DNA from: Patescibacteria group bacterium
GTDB lineage: Bacteria; Patescibacteriota; Patescibacteriia; UBA10025
Direction of reading: 5' to 3'
NCBI GenBank assembly: GCA_042570925.1
Contig: JBHPFX010000006.1
Location: 1-47,830, forward strand
Length of the DNA stretch: 47,830 nt
Program-made: the position numbers and the translations under genes
Notes under the pieces: generated by a model
What the model saw: the letters and a program-made list of their open reading frames with translations, nothing else
The model's database searches: none
What the model was told of the DNA's origin: nothing
Shown: positions 37,220 to 43,158 of the stretch, one piece after another
How positions within the stretch are numbered: position 1 is the first letter of the stretch
Layout of the letters: each line of letters starts with the position of its first letter

Positions 37220-37402
37220 ATCTGTCCCTTCAGAAAATGTATTCAATGTGGTCCTGCACAAAAGCGGCGCCATAACTGGGTGGTCAGCCCAACTTGGTTA
37301 CCTGTACGTTTATGGAATGCCCGCTATATGCATGGACCCCCCGCCCGTCTCGCACACCAAAGAGTGGCACCGCAACCCACCCTTGTGCGAGATGGGTTTT
37401 TT
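37220..37402 (+). ncRNA. Putative structured small RNA (about 180 nt)
   Basis: Promoter TTGCAT-17-TACAGT (37185-37213); rod-like fold 37250-37338 with G-U pairs that work only on the plus strand; terminator-like stem 37344-37396 followed by T6. Confidence 0.55.
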
Positions 37403-37414
37403 AATATATGAAAA

Positions 37415-37468
37415 ATCCTTCGGTAGGCTCCCCTCGGGCCTGAGGACCCTCGGGACCGAAGGCAGGAT
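37415..37468. repeat. Nested palindromic mini-element, same family as 28726-28784
   Basis: ATCCTTCGGTAGGCT[CCCCTCGGGCCTGAGGACCCTCGGGACCGAAGG]CAGGAT. Confidence 0.75.
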
Positions 37469-37471
37469 AAG

Positions 37472-37510
37472 TAAAAACCGCCTCTCTCTCCTCCTGTGAG
37501 AGTGGCGGTT
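37472..37510 (-). terminator. Terminator of the orphan two-gene operon
   Basis: AACCGCC-ACTCTC...GAGAG-A-GGCGGTT then TTT, immediately at the stop codon. Confidence 0.7.
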
Positions 37511-38030
37511 ATGCTGTCCACTTAATGACTCCGTCGGGAAACAAGCGCCTGATGTGGACACTGGAAATCCCATTAACAGCTCCTGGGTTACCAGCTATCC
37601 ATTCTCTCAGCTCCTTAAGGCTTGTTCCGGTTATCTCCGCAGTTCTTTCCCATGATAATCGGGCAATTGAAAAAGCGTTGGCAATCTGAGCGGCAATAAC
37701 CCCTTTCGCACTTGATGAGAGATTAAGAGGAATGATAACTTTAGAATCCTCCGGACTCTTTGCATCAGCCACTCTCTCATTATATTGAAACTCTTCCACC
37801 TCATATAAGCGAAAGAGTTCCCGCACAAGTGCGACGCAGATGCCCAACTGATCTGCAATCCACTCTACTGAATGCTCATGTTCGTGGTGCCATCTAATCA
37901 GGAGAGACCGCATACCGAATTGGCAACTGAAACGATCTGTATACCCTACGATTAGGTCAAGCACCTCGCGAGAAGGGAAGGGAAGCTCAGATAGCAGGAT
38001 CTGGGGCAGTTTTAACTGTTCTCCCATCAT
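37509..38030 (-). CDS. Hypothetical protein with two HTH-like motifs
   Basis: SVEWIADQLGICVALVRELF and LSWERTAEITGTSLKELREWIAG; start overlaps the upstream stop (ATGA). Confidence 0.65.
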   Translation of the reverse strand: MMGEQLKLPQILLSELPFPSREVLDLIVGYTDRFSCQFGMRSLLIRWHHEHEHSVEWIADQLGICVALVRELFRLYEVEEFQYNERVADAKSPEDSKVIIPLNLSSSAKGVIAAQIANAFSIARLSWERTAEITGTSLKELREWIAGNPGAVNGISSVHIRRLFPDGVIKWTA

Positions 38031-38620
38031 GCTTTTCCTAACCCGGGTTGTCGTCCCTCGCGAACTTGTTTGCGCATTCCGGAAATTAACGCGCCAAGCG
38101 TTCCACCTTTGATGTCAATCTTTGCATCCTCGTTTAAACTACCCAGATGCACCGCAACGCCTTCCCAATTATTATGCAGGGTTTTCAATCTATCAAGCTC
38201 AGTCAAGGCCTTAGCGACATCCCCGCCTCCGAGCTTCTGAATCAGTTGGTTTAGCTTACTCCCGGTACGTTTCGAAGGTGGACTTGAAGCCACCGTATCA
38301 CTCTTTGTAACGCCCTTATCAACCCCTGTTCCCAGTTGAGGCAATGAAGTGTAGGTATAGAGTGTCGTTGCGTGCATAAGAGCCCGCCATAATTCGAGAA
38401 ATGCGGGAAGATGTGCGTTAATACCTCCTTCGCGAAAGGATGCTGGTGTGTGCTTAAGAAGCACTTCCTGAGTGAACCCGCCGGCACGATGAGCCGCCTC
38501 AAACAGGATCATCATTTCACTTAAATTCACTCCCACCGTCCCCTCGCCTAATCCATCTTGGGGAGCGAACATGAGACTGACAAATCCTGCGAAGTCATCC
38601 GCATGATGGTTGGTAGTCAT
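38027..38620 (-). CDS. Hypothetical protein, possible C-terminal HTH-like region
   Basis: SD GGAGG 5 nt before ATG at 38620; NWEGVAVHLG segment; upstream TTGACG-18-TACAGT promoter-like sequence. Confidence 0.65.
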   Translation of the reverse strand: MTTNHHADDFAGFVSLMFAPQDGLGEGTVGVNLSEMMILFEAAHRAGGFTQEVLLKHTPASFREGGINAHLPAFLELWRALMHATTLYTYTSLPQLGTGVDKGVTKSDTVASSPPSKRTGSKLNQLIQKLGGGDVAKALTELDRLKTLHNNWEGVAVHLGSLNEDAKIDIKGGTLGALISGMRKQVREGRQPGLGKA

Positions 38621-38730
38621 TAGAACCTCCATGTTTTGTTCGTGAGCGTTCAACTTTTTGTATTGACGGTAACTGTAGCAATACTCCAGCTTCTACGTCA
38701 ATAAAATCATTCAATTACTCATATTAATAG

Positions 38731-38764
38731 AAAAAGGCCCCGCGTTCCTCCAAACGCTGGGGCC
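38731..38764 (-). terminator. Terminator of purF
   Basis: GGCCCC-AGCGTT...AACGC-GGGGCC followed by TTTTT on the minus strand. Confidence 0.75.
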
Positions 38765-38782
38765 AAGTAATGAAACAGGAAA

Positions 38783-40243
38783 TCATACCTGAAGTGGATA
38801 CTTTCCGGAAAAACATGCAGTGCAGTAGTCACTCATCTCGTCACCGCGGCGACGCATCGCCTCCTCAAGACCTTCCGGAGGTAGATATGCAAGCGAATCT
38901 GCTCCGATAAATTCCCTGATTTGCTCGAGAGTCCTGTTTGAGGCTACAAGCTCATCCCGCGTTGGCATCGCTACACCCATAAAACATGGGTCGGTGATCG
39001 GCGGAAATGGAATTCGTATATGTACTTCGGACGCACCAGCTTCACGGATAATCCTGATCACTTCCCGTATCGTGGTTGCTCGTACAATTGAGTCATCCAC
39101 GATACATACGCGAGGACGTTTTCTCAGGACGTCATCCATGAGACCGAGTTTGAGTCTGACGAGAAACTCTCTCAGTTCCTGTACAGACATAATGAATGTG
39201 CGGGGCACAAACGTATTCCGGACAAACAGCTGGATCATCTGAAGACCGGTTTCTCTGCTGAATCCCTCGCATGCTTTATCTCCTGATGCGGGAATCGATG
39301 TGCAGAAATCAGCATCCACCGGGGCTATCCGTCCGAGCTGTTGACCAAACTCATACGAATACGAGCCTTTTTGACGAACTTTAGTCCATGATCGGCCATC
39401 AAAAAACACTCGACTATCTGGGCGTGCGAAGTATGCAAGACAGAAAATGCAATGAGCCGCACATACCGGAAGTTCCCCGCCGTACGAAGATCTGTGCATC
39501 GTACCATCGTCCTCAATCTCAACGATACAGCCTCGTTCGACCTCAAACTCAAATCTTGCACCAAGAATTTTGAGTGAGCACGTTTCGGATGCTGCAACGA
39601 TGGTGCCGTCAGACATTCTTCCAACGACAAACGGGCGAAAGCCAAGCGGATCTCTCATGAAGAACGTCCGCTTCTTGGTCATCAGCACACCGGAGTATGC
39701 TCCCTCGATGGTTTGCATAAAACGTCTGATTGCATCCACCCAGGAACAATTCTCCATTTGCTTGATATGGGCAATGAAACGGAGCGTAAACTCTGCATCG
39801 TTGTCCGACTCGAAATCCACACCAGCACGTGCCAGCTTTGCCCTTTCTGCTTCAAGAAGTGGGATATCGCCGTTCGAGGCAAACACACCCGTATCGCCAA
39901 TCAGTTGAATCCGGTGTGGTTGGTAATGGACCAGATCAGCCGCACCACCAGCCGTTGCGTATCGTAGATGCGCAAGTACTCGATTTGGCTCTCGATCAAC
40001 CAGCTTCTTAAGCTGACCGCGATAGGGACGGGGAGGATCAAGGTGTGCACCTAGGTCATCGAATTGTCCGGAAACAAGTCCAAAAAATCGATTGCACCAT
40101 ACCCTGCTTCCATTCGTATAGCCAAGTCCACCGCCATGCTGGCCGCGATGTTGCTCGGCAAGAAGTGCGAGAAAGACTCGTTCAGCCATCTGTTGTCCGG
40201 TAAGCCGTCGCTTCGGATCGTGAATATATAAGAACCCGCACAT
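38783..40243 (-). CDS. purF: Amidophosphoribosyltransferase
   Basis: N-terminal MCG, QHRGQ, HLRYAT, RDPLGFRP, YFARPDS, VDDSIVRATT, PCFMG, CTACFSGKYP. Confidence 0.93.
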   Translation of the reverse strand: MCGFLYIHDPKRRLTGQQMAERVFLALLAEQHRGQHGGGLGYTNGSRVWCNRFFGLVSGQFDDLGAHLDPPRPYRGQLKKLVDREPNRVLAHLRYATAGGAADLVHYQPHRIQLIGDTGVFASNGDIPLLEAERAKLARAGVDFESDNDAEFTLRFIAHIKQMENCSWVDAIRRFMQTIEGAYSGVLMTKKRTFFMRDPLGFRPFVVGRMSDGTIVAASETCSLKILGARFEFEVERGCIVEIEDDGTMHRSSYGGELPVCAAHCIFCLAYFARPDSRVFFDGRSWTKVRQKGSYSYEFGQQLGRIAPVDADFCTSIPASGDKACEGFSRETGLQMIQLFVRNTFVPRTFIMSVQELREFLVRLKLGLMDDVLRKRPRVCIVDDSIVRATTIREVIRIIREAGASEVHIRIPFPPITDPCFMGVAMPTRDELVASNRTLEQIREFIGADSLAYLPPEGLEEAMRRRGDEMSDYCTACFSGKYPLQV

Positions 40244-40345
40244 GAGAATCTCCTTTTGTATGAGCAGTGTGTGTTTCCGTTTTATTGTTTGAGAAGCTAC
40301 ATCTTATCACTCCCCAAATCGGTCGTCAAACGCTATACTGTTACT

Positions 40346-41278
40346 ATGAAAAAAGTACTTGCCGCAGGCACGTTTGACCTTCTGCATCCGGGCCACATAT
40401 GGTTTTTGCAACAGGCAAAAAAGCGCGGAGACCATCTTACAGTGATCATCGCACGTGATAAGACGGTCAAAAAGGTAAAAAAAATTACTCCGCATCAAAC
40501 AGAGCGACAACGCCTCAAGGCTCTTCAAAATCTTGGCATAGCCGATAAGATCATTCTTGGCGGTCTTGATAAAAAAATCAACTCAGTAAAAAAAGTTCGT
40601 CCTCATGTAATCTGTCTCGGGTATGATCAGAAAGCTTTCACAAAGAACTTGCGAAAGGAACTTGTTACCATGGGGCTTAAGCCCAAAATCATTCGACTAC
40701 CGGCATATCATCCTAAGAAATATAAAAGCTCAATCATGCGAGCTGTAGGATTTGTCGATATTCGAACGCTCGATCGAACATTTGTTCTCGACATTCGATA
40801 CGCCACAAAAAATAACTTTGTCGGAAAAAAAATGTATCATCAACCCCGAGCGCTTCTTCTGCAGTCAGTTGCCCAGAGATTACTGAAAGCTCATCGTATT
40901 TTGAAGAAAAAAGGTTATCGGATCAAAATATGGGATTGCTATCGGCCACTGAGTGTTCAAAAAATCTTGTGGAGAAAAAAACCGGATGAACGATATGTGG
41001 CCAATCCAAAAAAAGGCTCTCCACATAATCGCGGCACTGCAATAGACTGCACGCTTGTTGATGCTAAAGGAAAGAAGTTGGTCATGCCTACGCCATTTGA
41101 TGCATTCACCAAAAAAGCTCACAGGTCAGCTACACATGTTTCCGTCCAAGAAAGAAAAAACATGCTCATCCTTGAACGTGCAATGAAAGATGCTGGTTTT
41201 ATCCCGTTTCCTATGGAATGGTGGCATTTCAATGATCCTGAATGGAAGAAACATCCCCTATTGGACATTCCTCTCTAG
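40346..41278 (+). CDS. Fusion: cytidylyltransferase/RibL-type FAD synthase domain + D-Ala-D-Ala dipeptidase (VanX/DdpX, peptidase M15D)
   Basis: N-terminal GTFDLLHPGH, IIARD, LGYDQ, KYKSS; C-terminal DIRYATKNNF, WDCYRP, SPHNRGTAID, EWWHF; one continuous frame. Confidence 0.9.
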   Translation: MKKVLAAGTFDLLHPGHIWFLQQAKKRGDHLTVIIARDKTVKKVKKITPHQTERQRLKALQNLGIADKIILGGLDKKINSVKKVRPHVICLGYDQKAFTKNLRKELVTMGLKPKIIRLPAYHPKKYKSSIMRAVGFVDIRTLDRTFVLDIRYATKNNFVGKKMYHQPRALLLQSVAQRLLKAHRILKKKGYRIKIWDCYRPLSVQKILWRKKPDERYVANPKKGSPHNRGTAIDCTLVDAKGKKLVMPTPFDAFTKKAHRSATHVSVQERKNMLILERAMKDAGFIPFPMEWWHFNDPEWKKHPLLDIPL

Positions 41279-41322
41279 CCTCTTGCAAAGAATTATTCTC
41301 CCTGCTAGACTAGCTCATACAT

Positions 41323-41586
41323 ATGCCAACAAAAAAATCTGCAATCAAGCATTTGCGACAAACTAAAAAGCTTGCTGACCGTAATACGGTTGTAAAGGAC
41401 AACCTAAAAAAGCTTATAAAGAAAAGCCGGCAGCTGCTTGTTGCAAAGAATAAAAGCGAAGCTGAAACTGCGATAAAACAGACAATCAAAGCGATGGATA
41501 AAGCTACTCAGAATGGCGTCATAAAAAAGAACACGGCGTCCAGAACAAAGTCCCGCTTAATGAAACAGCTTAATAAACTTTCTTAA
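41323..41586 (+). CDS. rpsT: 30S ribosomal protein S20
   Basis: MPTKKSAIK..RQ, MDKA...GVIKKNTASRTKSRL; promoter TTGCAA-17-TAGACT at 41283-41311. Confidence 0.95.
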   Translation: MPTKKSAIKHLRQTKKLADRNTVVKDNLKKLIKKSRQLLVAKNKSEAETAIKQTIKAMDKATQNGVIKKNTASRTKSRLMKQLNKLS

Positions 41587-42605
41587 GTTTTTTCAGGAGT
41601 ACAGACTGACGTAGCAAAAAGATCGAAGAGGAGCCGTGGTTCCCCATCGGATGTTTTGAATTTAAGATCAAGTTCAGCCAGCTCATCATAAATACGTTTT
41701 AGTTCGGGAAAGGTAAATTTTTTTGCCTGTGAAATAAGCTGCTGGGCAACAAAAGGGTGAATTTTTAATCTTGAAGCAATCGTGGCCGGATGCGGCTCAG
41801 TTTCGATAAGTTCATGCGCCTGTATAAGTAAGCGAAATTGTCGAACCAACATGGTGAGTATATATAATTGATGGGCGCCAGAAGCAAGTTGGTCTGTTAA
41901 CAGTCTCAAAGCTGTTTTTAAATCTTTTGTGGCAAGAGCGTCAGTCAAGTGAAAAATATTTTCGTCGTACTGTGATTTCACCATCTGCTTAACATCATCG
42001 AGCTTAATGTTCTTTGAATCACGAAGTGCGATAAGTTTATTAATTTCGTTTGTCATTTGCCATAAGTCAGAGCCGACTCTGCTTGCAAGCTCTGTAAGCG
42101 CAGAACTATCAATTGATCCACCAAGTCGGCGTATTTCACTTTGAATCCATCTAGTAAGTTGTTCGCCTTTGAGCTGTGGAAACTCTTCAGCATATTTTTC
42201 TTCCTGAAGACGCTTGAGAAGCGGCCGGGTTGATCGGCTTACTGCTTTATTCTTTCCTGTTGTTTTTTTTCTCGGTTTTCTGCTTTTTGTCGCTACATCC
42301 GCTTCCCAGAATATTACAATATTATCATCATTCCAGTCAGTGCTTTCAAAATAGTCTACAATATCCTTTTGAAGATCCTTCTTTTTGCTCTTCCCGATTA
42401 CTTCTTCAATGATTACCAGTCTCCTTTTGGATAAAAAACCGGACGCACCCACAGCTTTGCGAAATTTCTCTAACGTAAGCTTCTCACCATCTAATACGGC
42501 AAGATTCGATCCGGTTGGATCGTACTTTTTTTTAAAGCCCTCTTTTAATTGACGAAGGCGTTGTTTGGACCTGAATGTGTCAGATCCGAAAAGAAACATG
42601 ATCAT
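41583..42605 (-). CDS. holA: DNA polymerase III delta subunit
   Basis: MFLFGSDTFRS, RRLVII, NEINKL, IFHLTDAL, HPFVA, DLKFKTS; convergent with rpsT. Confidence 0.9.
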   Translation of the reverse strand: MIMFLFGSDTFRSKQRLRQLKEGFKKKYDPTGSNLAVLDGEKLTLEKFRKAVGASGFLSKRRLVIIEEVIGKSKKKDLQKDIVDYFESTDWNDDNIVIFWEADVATKSRKPRKKTTGKNKAVSRSTRPLLKRLQEEKYAEEFPQLKGEQLTRWIQSEIRRLGGSIDSSALTELASRVGSDLWQMTNEINKLIALRDSKNIKLDDVKQMVKSQYDENIFHLTDALATKDLKTALRLLTDQLASGAHQLYILTMLVRQFRLLIQAHELIETEPHPATIASRLKIHPFVAQQLISQAKKFTFPELKRIYDELAELDLKFKTSDGEPRLLFDLFATSVCTPEKT

Positions 42606-42687
42606 AGGCGTTGACAAAAGGTATTTTAGCATGTAAGCTACCGAATCAAAAAGCAAACAATCGCACACTACACAAAGGGGGAAAGCA

Positions 42688-43059
42688 GTGCCCGAAACAT
42701 CTGTATTTATCGTCAACGCCGCCAAAGAGCTTCTAGAGAATATTGAGTGGCCTACTCAAGTACTGCCATCTGACCAAGTAGCCACCAAGATTCGGAACGT
42801 CATCAAGCTTCGGGCTATTCGGTTCGAAATCGTACGAGCCGCCATTGCCGTTTGGCTTTTCCAGAAGTTTACTAATTCGGAGCCAACGGTAATCACGATC
42901 ATCAGCATTCTCGCTGATCCCGATCTGCTTGGCGATCAGAGAAATGCAATGAGTCGCCTCTCCGAACTGTTGGGAAAAAAGATCGTCGGTCCAGTGTATG
43001 GTGATGATAGCAAGGTGCGCATCCGCACACACATCCGAAAAGCAATCGGCGATGCATAG
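42688..43059 (+). CDS. Hypothetical protein (123 aa)
   Basis: Promoter TTGACA-17-TAAGCT (42611-42639), SD AAGGGGG, GTG start, downstream terminator. Confidence 0.65.
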   Translation: MPETSVFIVNAAKELLENIEWPTQVLPSDQVATKIRNVIKLRAIRFEIVRAAIAVWLFQKFTNSEPTVITIISILADPDLLGDQRNAMSRLSELLGKKIVGPVYGDDSKVRIRTHIRKAIGDA

Positions 43060-43085
43060 TCTTAACCACCACAAGTATACGCATG

Positions 43086-43118
43086 ACCGCTCCCTCATTC
43101 CAAGAGAGGAGCGGTTTT
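43086..43118 (+). terminator. Terminator after the 123-aa ORF
   Basis: ACCGCTCC...GGAGCGGT followed by TTTT. Confidence 0.7.
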
Positions 43119-43158
43119 CACATCCTGAGTGAGTAAAACGAGTCGAAGGATTTTCTTT

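Larger units (their letters stand above)
36985..38707. other. Putative small islet bounded by the 14-bp direct repeat TACGTCAATAAAAT
   Basis: Identical 14-mers at 36985-36998 and 38694-38707 enclose orphan genes and structured non-coding DNA. Confidence 0.45.

Noticed and set aside
37217-37345. Frame reading CPFRKCIQCG (zinc-finger-like)
   Set aside because: An in-frame TAG lies just upstream and there is no start codon before the cysteines.
37020-37499. 159-aa plus-strand ORF with an SD-like AGGGAG
   Set aside because: It runs through two terminator-like stems with T-runs and a repeat element, the SD/ATG lie in a hairpin, and the translation has no protein-like features.
42733-43098. 121-aa minus-strand ORF
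   Set aside because: Shadow of the plus-strand ORF that has promoter, SD and terminator.
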